Of a stretch of 64,000 bases of DNA, positions 11,614 to 25,928 are shown in pieces. The stretch lies in the NCBI RefSeq assembly GCF_006345805.1, contig NC_042998.1, positions 183,706,001 to 183,770,000 of the forward strand, written 5' to 3'. Position 1 is the first letter of the stretch. The number at the start of each line of letters is the position of its first letter. The notes beneath the pieces were generated by a model. That model saw only the letters and a list, made by a program, of their open reading frames with translations, did no database searches and was not told the DNA's origin. The position numbers and the translations under genes are program-made. Source of the stretch: Octopus sinensis (Eukaryota).

Positions 11614-12044
11614 GGATCTTTTCGGTTTGAACGGCAGTTTTTAAAAATAATTTCCACGTAACTAAACACTTTTAAACTTCGTATACTGGTAGAATGTGTT
11701 TATAAAACATCTTTTTCTCTTGGCTTTATTGAGAAAATTCTATAGTTTGTAAGATATTTGTTGTTTTTTCTTCAATTTCTGCAATTTCAACCAATCAATG
11801 ACGTCTATTGAGGTGAAAACATTCTATGCCGTATGAATATGTCCCTCATTTAAGAAACAGATTGAGTTTATTTATATTTCTGAAGAAAAAAAGATACCCT
11901 TCCCTCCACCCCTAACCCTAACCCTAACCAACCCTAACCCTAAAAGAGATTGAAATGCAATAGATCGATACAAGGGTCATAATTATGGGTGACAATTTCA
12001 TATAACACCGCTAGAAAAAACTGTCGTTCAAACCGAAAAGATCC
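11614..12044. mobile_element. Merlin-like MITE carrying internal (CCCTAA)n
   Basis: TIR GGATCTTTTCGGTTTGAACGGCAG / CTGTCGTTCAAACCGAAAAGATCC; TSD CGAGTTGC / CCAGTTGC. Confidence 0.8.
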
Positions 12045-12919
12045 CCAGTTGCTGTGATAAAAAAAATCCTCACAAATGGTTTCAATATAGTTTTAATAGA
12101 AAGATTTAGAGGAATTAGATGAATGTTCTCAGGTAATTTTCTTTCGTGTAAATAAATGTTTTTTGTTACTTTAAAAAATTGCCAGCAAAATCTTATAAAA
12201 TGACAAATGTTCTAACAGGTGTACTTGTTTATATGTTATGTACGATATATTTTATGAATTTAAATGGGTTGATAAATATCAAATCGATTGTTGTAAGTTT
12301 TATAAAATACCGCATTTGAAAATGTCTTAGAATATGTCTGGGTCAAGGTTTCGATCGCTATCAAGAAAGGGTCTGCCAAGATTGACGGGTGTCTTATAAA
12401 CTCATGCACCTTATAAGCCGTCAAATACACACACAGTAGTAGTAGTAGTGGCGGCGGTAGTAGTAACAATAGTAGTGGCAATAGTAGTAACAATAGCAGA
12501 AATAGTAGTATATGAATTGTCGGTGGTAAGTTAAGAAGTTCGCTTCGCATCTACGTGGATTTGAATTCAATTCCACGATGTGGTACTTTGAGGAAGTGTC
12601 TCCCCCCCCCCATAGTTGCAGGTCGACCCAAGCCTTTTGAGGGGGATTCTGTGGATGGAGACTATATAGAGGCCAGACTAAATGACTAATCCCGTTTTAT
12701 GGGTCATAGAGCTAATCAGCCACCCAGACAAACATCAATAGCTGGCCTTTCGTTGCATTTAGCAGCATAACACTGTTGCAAGATTTGGGGTTAGGGTTCC
12801 TAAACTGTCAAGCGTCTGGGAGATCCTGACAAAGGAATACAGGCGTTGCTTTTCCTCTTCTAATGATGCTATCACAATAGCTTTAAAAAAATCTTACATT
12901 GCAATCATAACAAATATTG

Positions 12920-13885
12920 GTTTCCAATTTTGACACCATGCCACCGAATTCGTAGGGGGGTAAGTCGATTACATCGATCCTAGTGATTAGCTGGTACTAC
13001 TTTATCGACCTTGCAAAAATGAAAGGCAAAGTCGATCTTGGTAAAATTAAGAAAAAAAAACAGAACGTAAAGTCGAACGAAATACCGCTAAGTATTTTTC
13101 ACGACGTTCTAACAATTCTGTCAGCACGCCGCCTTAGTAATCATAAACATTCTTTTCTACTCTAAGCACAAAGCTCGAAATTTTTGGGGAGCGAGCCAGT
13201 CGATTAAATCAACCCCAGTACGCAACTGCTACTTATTTAATCGACCCCGAAAGGATAAAAGGCAAAGTCGACCTCGGCGGAATTTGAACTCAGAACGTAG
13301 CGGCAGACGAAATACCAATTTCTTTACTACCCACAAGGGGCTAAACACAGAAGGGACAAACAAGGACAGACAAACGGATTATGTCGATTATATCGACCCC
13401 AGTGCGTAACTGGTACTTATTTAATCGACCCCGAAAGGATAAAAGGCAAAGTCGACCTCGGCGGAATTTGAACTCAACGTAGCAGCAGACGAAATACCTT
13501 TTTCTTTACTACCCACAAGGTGCTAAACACAGAGAGGACAAACACGGACAGACAAACGGATTAAGTCGATTATATCGACCCCAGTGCGCAACTGGTACTT
13601 ATTTAATCGACCCCGAAAGGATGAAAGGCAAAGTCGACCTCGGCGGAATTTGAACTCAGAACGTAGCGGCAGACGAAATACCGCTAGGCATTTCGCCTGG
13701 TGTGCTAACGTTTCTGCCAGCTCGCCGCCTTAGTTATAATAAATATTCTTTTCTACTCAGAGCACAAGGCCCGAAATTTTTGGGGAGGGGCCAGTCAATT
13801 TGATCGACACCAGTACATAACTGGTACTAAATTTATCGACCCCGAAAGGATGAAAGGCAAAATCAATCTCGGCAGAATTTGAGTT
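12920..13885 (-). mobile_element. Cluster of SINE family B copies including a tandem multimer (13148-13731)
   Basis: Repeated GGCAAAGTCGACCTCGGCGGAATTTGAACTC units with two tail types. Confidence 0.85.
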
Positions 13886-14079
13886 ATAATAAGTATTAAG
13901 CACAAAAAGTAATCTAAATGGCAAACAAACATTTTCCATTTCACTGTGTAGTTAAAAAGCTCGATTTGCTACTTCGTGGTTTCATGTTCAGTTCCAATGC
14001 GCAATATCCTGGGTAAGTGTCTTTTGAATGAATTTGCTAGACAGAAACTGTATATATATACAGCCTGACTTGTAAATAT

Positions 14080-14312
14080 ATATTTCTTTACTACCCACAA
14101 CGGGCTAAACATAGAGGGGACAAACAAGGACAGACAAAGGGATTAAGTCGATTACATCGACCCCAGTACGTAACTGGTACTTAATTTATCGACCCCGAAA
14201 GGATGAAAGGCAAAGTCGACCTCGGCAGAATTTGAACTCGGAACGTAACGACAGACGAAATACTGCTACGAATTTCGCCCGGCGTGCTAACGTTTCTACC
14301 AGCTCGCCGCCT
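14080..14312 (-). mobile_element. SINE family B, full length with TSD
   Basis: Flanked by CTTGTAAATATA on both sides. Confidence 0.9.
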
Positions 14313-14400
14313 TGTAAATATAAGTATGCACGCATACGTGTGTGTGTGTGTGCGCGTGTGTGTGTGTGTGTGTGTGTGCGTGTGTGTGCGTGCGCGTGCG

Positions 14401-14924
14401 TGTAACGAAGTTCCTTAGATTCTAAACCAGGACTCGAAACCGAATCCACATTTTTCTACGATTTCCTCCTCTATTGTTCTCGACTTTTGCACTGAAAAAT
14501 TTATGATAGTCAAACTGACTTAGTTATTATTCTATTGTTTAAGTTAGTATTCTTAGGTTAACTGCGATTCAGGTAGATAAGAGGCAGAAAATTTTTTGTC
14601 CAGCCTGACCTAATTTAGTTTAAAAAATATAAATACAGAACCCAAATTCAGTTCTACGTTTTCACTCAAGCCCCTCGCTAAAAAGCATACCTGTCTGTTT
14701 CTCGATTTACGTATGGCTAGTCTGCGCGCGAAAATACGACTTTCAGCCACTCTTTCTCCTTTCCCAACCAGTCTTCTAGCAGTCAACCACCTGCAGAATG
14801 GATAACGCAACGGAAAATAATTTGTGTATAACAACTTGATGAAATTGTCTTCTACATTGTAATAATGAAAATAAAGGATAATTTCAATGAACAGTATTTT
14901 TCTTCCTCTCATTTATTTGCCACA
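14401..14924 (+). mobile_element. Putative solo-LTR-like repeat; related copy at ~20469-20970
   Basis: Starts TGTAAC, ends CACA, internal TATAAATA and AATAAA; shares collinear blocks (CGAAA.CGAATCCACA, TTTTGCACT, TGACCTAAT, TATAAATAC) with the 20.5-kb copy; no TSD seen. Confidence 0.3.
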
Positions 14925-14928
14925 TATA

Positions 14929-15605
14929 GAGGTGGCTGTGTGGTAAGTAGCTTGCTAACCAACCACATGGTTCCGGGTTCAGTCCCACTGCGTGGCATCT
15001 TGGGCAGGTGTCTTCTGCTATAGCCTCGGGCCGACCAAAGCCTTGTGAGTGGATTTGGTAGACGGAAACTGAAAGAAGCCTGACGTATATATGTGTATAT
15101 ATATATGTATGTGTGTGTATATATGTTTGTGTGTGTGTGTTTGTCCCTCTAGCATTGCTTGACAACCGATGCTGGTGTGTTTACGTCCCCGTAACTTAGC
15201 GGTTCGGCAAAAGAGACCGATAGAATAAGTACTGGGCTTACAAAGAATAAGTCCCGGGGTCGATTTGCTCGACTAAAGGTGGTGCTCCAGCATGGCCGCA
15301 GTCAAATGACTGAAACAAGTAAAAGAGTAATTCATTGCAATTTTAGTCACCCCATCGTTAGATAAGTATGTATATACATGTGCGCGCACGTACACACGTG
15401 TGTGTGTGTGTGTATCTTTGAGGTTTGTCCTCCAGACCGCCTGATAGACGGTGTTGGTCTGTTTTCGTCCCCGTAACTTAGCAGACCAAAAGAATAAGTA
15501 TTAGGGTTTTAAAAATACGCACTGGGGTCGATTTGTTCGACTAAATTCTTCAAGGTGGTGCACCAGCATGGCCGCAGTCCATCGGCCGAAACATGTAAAA
15601 GATAA
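14929..15605 (+). mobile_element. SINE family A full copy (14929-15330) plus a 3'-half copy (15410-15605)
   Basis: Matches the other family A copies. Confidence 0.9.
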
Positions 15606-15897
15606 AAATAAAGGATTTAATTTACAAACCCATACATGTAAAGAAGAGTATTTATTTTTGGAAAAGAATACATTAGATTAACAAAATTAATTGAATTATC
15701 GAAAATTGAATTAATAAGAAACATTCATTTTTTCCTTTTACAAATCTGTAAATGACAGATCACCAAATCTATGGTACTGTTTTTATGATTTTCTTACGGT
15801 TTTCTCCTTTTCTCCACTTTTGAAAACCTATCACCCCTACACACATACATTATTATTATTAACAACAACAACAATAATAATAATAATAATAATAAAA

Positions 15898-16135
15898 GAT
15901 AAAAAAATATTCAGACAAATACACAACAAAAACACCAGGACTTACAAAAACATATAACATACAGAAAATTGCACTACTGGGCCCTGCACATATCCTACGC
16001 AAAACACTTTCAATACAGTAACCATCAGAGCATCACAACAAATCACAGCACATACCCAAGGTACACAGAGCTACGCTCGGTAGTGAAGTGAAAGCACGAT
16101 ATAAAAAACAAAACAAAAAAAACTACTGAATAATC
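15898..16135 (+). mobile_element. R4/Dong-clade LINE 3' end adjoining an (AAT)n tract
   Basis: IKKYSDKYTTKTPGLTKTYNIQKIALLGPAHILRKTLSIQ* matches the QK.ALLGTAHILRK terminus; Dong elements are known to target (TAA)n. Confidence 0.75.
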
Positions 16136-16449
16136 AGTGGAAGTTACAAAGTGGCTGAAGATGCCTAGAGTTCTGGAAAACAATTCAGAGAATTATCATT
16201 TTAACCGGTCAATACAAATGTAATCCCTATAACTTGAAACCATTTTGATAAATGCCAATGCACGAACTCTCAGCCAGCCCCCGAGTCGCTTGGTAACTTC
16301 TACCGGTAAAAAATTAAAAGATACACACACATATATTAATGAATGAAGCAAGCTATAACAAGTGCACAAGTAATAAGTGAGACGTGACACGCGGAGATGT
16401 GACAAGTTAATTTCTGGATGTACTAAAAATGAATTGAAAGATAGTCTAT

Positions 16450-16683
16450 ATATTTCTTTATTATCCACAAGGGGCTAAACATAGAGGGGACAAACAAGGA
16501 CAGACAAAGGAATTAAGTCGATTACATCGACCCCAGTGCATAACTGGTACTTAATTTATCGACCCCGAAAGGATGAAAGGCAAAGTCGACCTCGACTGAA
16601 TTTGAACTCAGAACGTAACGGCAGACGAAATATGGCTACGCATTTCGTCCGGCGTGCTAACGTTTCTGCCAGCTCGCTGCCTT
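16450..16683 (-). mobile_element. SINE family B with 17-bp TSD
   Basis: TTGAAAGATAGTCTATA on both flanks. Confidence 0.9.
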
Positions 16684-17148
16684 TTTGAAAGATAGTCTAT
16701 ACTCATGACAGATATTATTTGATTGTTACATAATTAACGAATGCGACGAGTTAGAAAGAAAACACAAAAGTTTGAAAAGTTTATGATCGTCTATTTGCAT
16801 AAAAAAATCTATGGTCCAGTCCCTGTAGCAATCTGTTACAAAGTGTGTGAAAGGAGGAAAATAAAAGGTCCAATGGTCGCGCGAAAGAAGTTCTGTTACT
16901 GTATGTGAAACCTAAGTCTCGGCGGAGTTGCACAAGTTGACAGAAGTGGTGTCTGAACATCACAAAAGGAACAGTCTGAAAATTACAGAAGAAACTGGCT
17001 GCTTTTTTCTTTGTTTTATAGGTATAGTGAATACACCCGTGTTAAAGCTGAACTGGGCCACTTAAATTACAACGGAACCTCTTATGATAAAAGGCAGATT
17101 TTCTCTGTCTGTTACCATGTTCGTTTTTAATACAATTCTACAATATAG

Positions 17149-17601
17149 AATTTCTTCAATTGGAATTTACCTATGATTTTTCGAAGTAGATTCGATTGGG
17201 TCATGGCATATAAAGGTTTTTCAATTTGACCCCAAATTCGAGAAAAGTAAATATTTTACGATTTGCCTCTCTAATTTCAACTGCTTCACTCCTGCTATTA
17301 CCATACTTTCTCCTACTTTCTCTTTGCAAGTGTACCTTAAACCACTACTCAAAAAAAAAAAAAATACAGAGCAAACAGAAACAAATAAATACATAACGAT
17401 TTACTCCTCACACAATTTCTTCAATTGGAATTTACCTATGATTTTTCGAAGTACATTCCATTCGGTCATGACATATAAATTTCTTTCAATTTGACCCCCA
17501 ATTAAGCAAAAATTCGAGAAAACTCAATATTTTACGATTTCCCTCTCTCACTTCAAAGGCTTTACTCCGCCTATTACCACACTTTCTTCCACTTTCTCTT
17601 T
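17149..17601 (+). repeat. Diverged direct duplication (~180-bp blocks, ~265-bp period)
   Basis: AATTTCTTCAATTGGAATTTACCTATGATTTTTCGAAGTA at ~17149 and ~17414, with collinear continuation. Confidence 0.8.
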
Positions 17602-18160
17602 ACACACATAGACACGCAAACATATACATATATGACAGTGACAAACACAAACGTTTCAAACAACTACATACAAACACTTAAACACACACACACACACGTG
17701 TGTGTTTGCTATTAGTAAAAAAGGCGCCAAACACAATTCACTTTCTCATTCGAACACATTTGCAAACACACAGCAACAATTCACTGACATATGGGGAGTA
17801 GATGCTAGCCGCTCACATTATGAGTTACACTATTACACCAATTGTACTGGGACTGTTGTCTACTTCCCGTTAGTTTTTAGTGTCCAGGAAACAAAACTTT
17901 CTCGAGAAATAACAAAAAGAAAAAACACTCCTAGATTTCACAAAGGACTTTAAGAAACGATAGGAACTAAGTTCAGTTGAAGAAAACAGACGGATTTAAG
18001 GAAATCAGACAGTCGAATTAGAATGATAACTCAACAGAAAAGGTAAATTGGTTTTTAATTTACTTTCTGTCGCTAAGTTTTCGTAGTATTAATTTGCGAG
18101 CGTACTTCTGTTGTCAATTGTTGAAAGAAAATTGTAAGCTAAGAAGGTGTGTGTATGTGC

Positions 18161-18219
<59 letters not shown>

Positions 18220-18355
18220 TGTGTGTGTGTGTGAATGTGTGTGTAGGAAGTGAAGGATAAAAATATGGCAAGAAGTGGACAGATGTACATATATACATAC
18301 ATACATCCATACATGTGTGTGTGTGTGTATGTATGTGTATAATGTGTGTGTTTTA

Positions 18356-18742
18356 TCTCTCTTTATATAAAGCTGAAGTTGTCTGTGTGCGCCAGGTTTG
18401 GTAGCCTTCAACTAACACTATCTCCTCCGAGACCCTGCGGCGCAAGTTGACCAAAATTGAGAGTATGATAGAAGAGTTGCTCTTCCTTCCGTAGAAGATA
18501 AAATTCAAATCGGACCATGTTAACACCATAAATTATTTACATCAAAAAGGTGCTTTTTTCTATGAAAATCCCTATTTTTTACGATTTTTTCACTGCTGTG
18601 TCGCCACTTTTCGGTGTATTTCAACCACAAAAATGTTCATTGAAGAGAATAACAAGTTACATAATGCAAAATTTTTACTTTTCAAAAATTCCAATTCCAG
18701 CGGGTCGAAACAAACCCGAGCAACGCCGGGCGATACTGCTAG
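18356..18742 (+). mobile_element. Non-autonomous Helitron
   Basis: 5' TC start, subterminal hairpin CCCGAGCAACGCCGGG, 3' CTAG, inserted between A and T; same ends at 45593-45975. Confidence 0.8.
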
Positions 18743-18918
18743 TGAGCTTATAAACGTTCTTTTCAGTATATCCTAAGATGAGAGCGAAAACCATAGATTT
18801 AAAGTGCACGATTCGAAAAGAATGGAAACGAACATGAAGATTGATGTTTTAATCTTTGGTTACTATTCTTGTTTCATGCAGACGAATTAATTCATTCTTT
18901 AAAATATACTAAAATGTT

Positions 18919-19350
18919 GGATCTTTTCGGTTTGAACGGCAGTTTTTAATATAATTTCCACGTACCTAAACACTTTTAAGCTTCGTATACTGGTAGTATG
19001 TGTTTATAAAACACCTTTTTCTCTTGGCTTTATTGAGAAAACTCTATAGTTTGTAAGATATTTGTTGTTTTTTTTCTTCAATTTCTGCAATTTCAACCAA
19101 TCACTGACGTCTATTGAGGTAAAAAGCATTCTGTGCCGTATGACTATGTCTCGTTTAGGAAACAGATTGGGTTTATTTACCAAGAAAAAAGATACCCTTT
19201 CCCCACCTCTAACCCTAACCCTGACTAACCCTAATTAACTTTAACCCTAAAACAGATTGAAATGCAATAGATCGATACTAGGGTCATAATTATGGGTGAC
19301 AATTTCATATGACACCGCTAGAAAAACTGCCGTTCAAACCGAAAAGATCC
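18919..19350. mobile_element. Merlin-like MITE with internal (CCCTAA)n, sister of 11614-12044
   Basis: Same TIRs and body; degenerate 8-bp TSD AAAATGTT / TAAATTTT. Confidence 0.8.
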
Positions 19351-19865
19351 TAAATTTTCAACACTGATGATATACAATAGTGTACATTGACTCAGTGACA
19401 CCGGCGTCCTTACTTCAGTGAGTACAATGGACTATATACGTCTTCGAGGAACTCTAAAAACTTAATCATGTCAAAGTTGTCTCCCATAGTTTCTGCAATA
19501 ATCAAAATAATATCGATCATTGACAAATTTTGTCTTTTCCTCATCACATAACTACTCCAAATTAGCTTTTAAACGATTGGTGCATTCGATATGTGAACAT
19601 TAACTTAACTAGACAAATATTAGCTTTTAACCTAATCGTGAATCAATAAATATAAAGTGGTTATTGATCTTAAAGAGCAGAAAATAATAACAATGAATGA
19701 GAATAAAAAAGGGAAAAACTCCGACAACATTCCATTTCTCTTGTTGATTTAGCTATAAAGTTAACTGTACAAAATATACATCCGATTGGTAGGAAAATGT
19801 ATATTATGTCTTGTAACTGAGTACTTTTTTCACTTTATCGCAATGCAATTCACACCAGTGTGAAC

Positions 19866-20025
19866 CATTATTATTATTATTATTATTATTATATTATTAT
19901 TATTATTATTATTATTATCATTATTATTATTATTATTATCATCATCATTATTATTATATTATTATTATTATTATTATTATTATTATCATTATTATTATTA
20001 TTATTGTTATCATCATCATTATTGA

Positions 20026-20058
<33 letters not shown>

Positions 20059-20195
20059 CATCATCATTATTATTATTATTGTTATTGTTATTATTATTAT
20101 TATAAAATATAATAATAATAAAAATAATAATATTAAAAATAATAATAATAATGATGATAATAATAATAATAATAGTGTGAGTGTGTGTGCGTGCG
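19866..20195. repeat. (ATT)n tract switching to (AAT)n
   Basis: Directly visible; strand switch at ~20103. Confidence 0.95.
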
Positions 20196-20972
20196 TGTGT
20201 TTGTGTGTTTGTGTGTGTGTGTGTTTGTGTGTGTGTATGTGCGCGCGCGCGTGCGCACATCTGTATGAGTAACACTCAGTGTTATCGCATCCGAACGATT
20301 GGATGCAACTTACTGCAACAACACAGTATCGTTGCTTTTTATTCCTAAGTTAGTGCAGAATAACCAGAAAAAGCAGACCTATAATGAAAGGAATTCCCAT
20401 GATTGCCTATTTTTTCAAGACTACATATATATGTATGTGTGCGCGTGTGCATGTGCGTATGCGAGCAGTGAACAACTACCAAATACCTAAGGCAGGATTC
20501 GAAATCGAATCCACAGCTTCAAGCGAGTCCTCGGCCAATTGTTTTCGCTTTTTGCACTAAGAGATTAATGAGAATAAGAAGCTAACCGCTTTAACTTTTT
20601 CGAGTTATTCATCGGTCAAAGCTGATTAGAGAGGAAAAATCCTTCGTTTTCGCGCTTGACCTAATCTAATTACAAAGAATATAAATACGTGAAACCAAAT
20701 AGCTTTCTCTTCCTTACGGTCGATCCCTCTTTGGTCAAAGAGCAACACTTTCAGTATGCTGATCAACGCGCGAGAGTAGATCTCTCACCCTCTTTACTTA
20801 TTTAGACTGTACTACTCCATGTTTCTCCACTAGGCACAGGGATGAAACTATCTACAGAATGGATTCGAGATCTACAAATATCTTGTGTACACAAACAACT
20901 ATAAAAAGTTATCTTGCATATTGTAACGACTAACATAATAATAATATAAATAAACGGCTTAATAATTCAATA

Positions 20973-21478
<506 letters not shown>

Positions 21479-21787
21479 CCTTGGATAATTTACTACTTCC
21501 GAGATTCCGCGAGCTATGAAACATATATAGAATGGATTTTATCTACTCAATTCCCTAATTTTTGAATGTTTATTCGCATATACAACGACCCCTGTTGCGA
21601 ACTGTTAACTAAAAAATTAACTTTAATTCTGCTTATCGAACTTCAATTTAGGAAAAATTCTCAAAATTCTGTGCCAATAAACCACTATTGTTCCTGAAAG
21701 TTGTTTTCTTTTTATATCTTCTACGGATTGCTTGAAGCCCAACTATTTCCTACTCTTTGATCCTTGGATCTTGCCTTTACACACACA

Positions 21788-21820
<33 letters not shown>

Positions 21821-21837
21821 GCACACAGCCTTGTTCC

Positions 21838-22150
21838 CCGTCGGTTACGGCTACGAGAGTTCAAGAATGATCCGATCAAAGGAACAGTATGCTCATGAAA
21901 TTGAAGTGCGAGTGGCTGAGCACTCCACACATACGCGTACCCCTCACGTAGTTCTCAGGGAAATTCAGCATGATACAGAATGTGACAAAGCTGGCCTTTT
22001 GAAATACATGTAAAACTCATTTTTGCCAGTTGAACTGGCTGAAGCAATGTGAAATACAGTGTCTTGCTCAAGGACTCAATGCACCGCCTGGAATCGAATT
22101 CATGTTTACGGTCGTGAGCCGAATACCTTAACCGCTAAGTTTCGCGCTTT
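21838..22150 (-). mobile_element. SINE family D
   Basis: Homologous to 1793-2090. Confidence 0.75.
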
Positions 22151-22583
22151 CACACACACACACACACACCACACACACACACACGCAGTGTTCTTTTTGT
22201 ATCTAATCTTTGTTATGGATTTCTATAAGAATGAAATTCTATCCCTTCATTTGCCGTTTTTTTAATACGAAAACCAAGACGAAAACACCCAGAAATAAGT
22301 TTGAAACAAAGTTTATTTTAACGAGATACCTCTTGAAATCATTTGAGGGGACACTTCTACACCGAGAAATATACCTAAACCAGTTACACAGTAACCCACC
22401 TGCGAAAGATCGATGCTAGACGGGTCGAAACGATTATAGTGATCAATAAAGATTCTCATATCTTCCATCTTTCGTCTCTCTCATTAATTACATACTCAAC
22501 GAATACCAAGCCAGCGAAAGTGCTTTATCGTCAAACTACCAGGAATATAATTTATCAAATACTAACTCTCTCTCTCTCTTACT

Positions 22584-22629
<46 letters not shown>

Positions 22630-22633
<4 letters not shown>

Positions 22634-22742
22634 AGAGTTTACGAAAAAAGCAAAAGACGAAGACAGGTGGTGTACAAAACAAACAGATGTATTAGTATAA
22701 CGCTCAGGAATAGAAAAAGTATTTTATGTTTCGAGCCTACGT
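22630..22742 (-). mobile_element. Truncated PLE-type terminal fragment next to (TA)n
   Basis: Minus strand CGTAGGCTCGAAAC (3' half of a hammerhead); layout resembles the 21.2-kb arm. Confidence 0.35.
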
Positions 22743-22768
22743 AGTGGCTAACGATCTATCATGGTGAC

Positions 22769-22813
<45 letters not shown>

Positions 22814-22833
22814 TACATACATACATACATACA

Positions 22834-22867
<34 letters not shown>

Positions 22868-23497
22868 CATATATTTTATATATACATATATTTTATGTGT
22901 ATGTATGTATGTATGTATGTATGTATGTATGTATGTATGTATGTATGTATTAGCTGAGCATAGGACAGTAATAAGAAAGTGAGTTTCAAGGCTTCGATGC
23001 GGCTATAAGGTGTTATTCAGGCACTCAACTATGAGTCTACTGTACCTTATAGCAGAAACAACTGTAAGCCCATGAAGTTCGTAAGACAATCATGTATTCC
23101 TTTGTCGTCTTTCTTATTATCGCTCCATATACTCAGTAAATACATACATACATACGTGTGTGTTTAGGACACGTTGCGTGGCCGACAAAGTAAAATTGTA
23201 GGGAGATATGCCTGCTATTTATAGCAAGCCACAATACTCTGCAGCGGCTTTCTCGTCATTTGTAATGTAACTTCTTTTAGTATGAAGCAAATTGTCTTTT
23301 AATAGGATTAACAGAAATGATGCTGTACACTACGGCTGAAAAGACATGATAAGTGAGAAAATAAATATCCTTCTGAGATGACATTTCCATTGTTCCGTTC
23401 AATTTGTCTGCAAAATAACAAAAATTGTACGTTTTTTTTAAATATAAATACACTTTCCTAGTTATTTGGAAAATACTGTGTTTTGAATATTATATAT

Positions 23498-23534
<37 letters not shown>

Positions 23535-24800
23535 GAAGGCGTCTTTGCAAAATTACTTAAGTTACCAAGTCAAATGTCTGGTTTGTGAAGTGTTTAAGAC
23601 GAAAAGGTGAAAAATACATAAGTGCAATGACTAAATATATTATATACTTGTAGTGTCACGATAATAAGAAGAATGGGTCTCTGGCTGTTTCACTGTAAAA
23701 CTATTATTAAAGCAATTCAAAATTATGAATGAAACAAAATAAGTTACTTCGTATTGTTATGGTTGAATGATTACCTCTTACAGCTGGAGGTGTCATTAGA
23801 AGGTAATAAGAACCAAGAAAACAATTGTACCTCGTGGAGGAAATGGGGAGTTAGTTATAACTCTGGGCCAGTCAGAAACCTGATCATGTCTATCACTGAC
23901 ACTATTATGCGACAAAGAATAAAAAAAACAGGGTGGAATGGGTGAGGGGAACGTACCCTTAGTAATATTTTGTTGTTTGCCTCAGGTCAGAATAATCGAG
24001 CAGAGTTATGTATGAATCACCAAAGTTATTCCAACCGTGGCCATATCGTCCATTTAATTCCAATACAGTGCGTCACGTATTTTGCTTAAACGTGGAAATT
24101 TTTAAACCCAGCACAAAGATTTTCGCCGTCTTTATTTGCAGAAAGGTCTTCAGATCTTTGTGGTTTTGAACATGGAACACAGAATCTGCAAAGTAAATAA
24201 TTCCTCCTCTACCACCTCCTCCTCCTCCACATCCTCCTCCACATCCTCCTCCACATCCTCCTCCACATCCTTCTCCACATCCTCCTCCTCCACCTCCTCC
24301 TTTACCACCTCCTCCCCTCCTTTACCACCTCCTCCCCTCCTTCTCCCGCCTCCCCCTCCTCTTCCCCCTCATCATCATCGTCGTCGTCGTCGCCATCATC
24401 ATCATCATCATTATTGTTTAGCGTCTGTATTCTTTCCTGTTCTGGGTTTGGTCATTTGACAGGATGCGACCGATCAGAGGACAGTGTCGAACTCCTATGA
24501 CTGTACCTAGGACTACATTATCCTGTGTGTCCATATTTTTAAAGATGGTAGGGTGTGGCTACTATTTCAAGTAGATCATTTCACCATGCGAAGATCCCTT
24601 GTTTGTTTGTACTTGTTGGTGATGATGATGATGATGATGATGGTAGCGGTGGAGATGATCAACCTCAGTTGAACAAACTTCTGATTCATTGGCAGCAGTC
24701 AGTGGAACGACTATGTACGCCTAACAGATCAATTTGTCCGCAAGGTAGGGTCTATAGCCGGCCACTCTGCTTGATACAATTATCTTATAAAAGTTTCAAA

Positions 24801-25503
24801 TATAGGGAGGTAGTAAAATTAAGAATTTCTGCCTTTGGTACAACACCATGAATTTCGTAGGAAAGTACAGATGAAGAAAAAGAAAAAGGAGAACGTATCG
24901 GACCAGGAATAATTACGTGCCAAAAACGTAAATAAATAAAAGTTATGGTCCTAGAAATTTGGTCGAGCGATAAAAAGAAAACAGAAAAAAAGTTAAGTTT
25001 AGTGGTATGACAAAGGCAGTTCAGCTTAATGGATCTCAATATCTTTGAAAACTGTTGACTTTATCGAAGAAGTATTGTGGTAATGGAATCTTACTTAGGT
25101 TTAGTAGAACATGGTGACTTTCAAGCTTTTATTAGTTTTCTGGCTCTTTATGCTTTGAGTTCAAAACACACCGAGGTCAACTTTGCGTTTTTTTATCGTT
25201 CCGGAGTCGATGGAATCTCAATCAAGTATTGAAATCAATAGTATCGACTAACTTTCTCCCCTAAAAATTGCTGGCCTTGTGCTTAAATTAGAAACTATCT
25301 TTAATTCATCGAAAGCAGCGACTGACAAAATCTGTTGAGTATCGGGTAAATAAATGCCTTATATCTCTTATTTACGATGCTTTTCATTCTATAAAATAAA
25401 CTCCATTAAAGTACTCGGGGCTATTACTTCATCTGTACCTTCCTACGAAATTCATGGTGTTGTACCAATGGCAGAAATTCTTAATTTTATTACCTCCCTA
25501 TAC
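24801..25503. mobile_element. MITE-like element with ~76-bp inverted termini and an internal SINE B remnant
   Basis: 24801-24876 (TATAGGGAGGTAGTAAAATTAAG...GATGAAG) is the reverse complement of 25427-25503. Confidence 0.65.
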
Positions 25504-25928
25504 TCTTTACTCTTTTACTCTTTTACTTGTTTCAGGCATTTGACTGCGGCCATGCTGGAGTACCGCCTTTAGTCGAGCAAATCGACCCCGGGACTTATTC
25601 TTTGTAAGCCCAGTACCTATCCTATCGGTCTCTTTTGCCGAAGCGCTAAGTTACGGGGACGTAAACACACCAGCATCGGTTGTCAAGCAATGCTAGGGGG
25701 ACAAACACAGACACACAAACATATATACACACACATACACACATATATATATATACATATATACGACAGGCTTCTTTCAGTTTCCGTCTACCAAATCCAC
25801 TCACAAGGCATTGGTCGGCCCGAGGCTATAGCAGAAGACACTTGCCCAAGATGCCACGCAGTGGGACTGAACCCGGAACCATGTGGTTGATTAGCAAGCT
25901 ACTTACCACACAGCCACTCCTGCGCCTA
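25503..25928 (-). mobile_element. SINE family A, full length
   Basis: Matches the other family A copies. Confidence 0.9.

Noticed and set aside
13148-13731. CRISPR-like regularly spaced repeats
   Set aside because: Whole ~185-bp units repeat with no unique spacers; eukaryotic SINE multimer, no cas genes
23784-23941. Candidate plus-strand exon (TTACAG|CTGGAG...ATGG|GTGAGG) with an open frame
   Set aside because: Peptide not recognisable and no partner exons; such splice-like signals arise by chance
24200-24415. Ser/Pro/His-rich ORF
   Set aside because: (CCT/CCA/CAT)n low-complexity repeat
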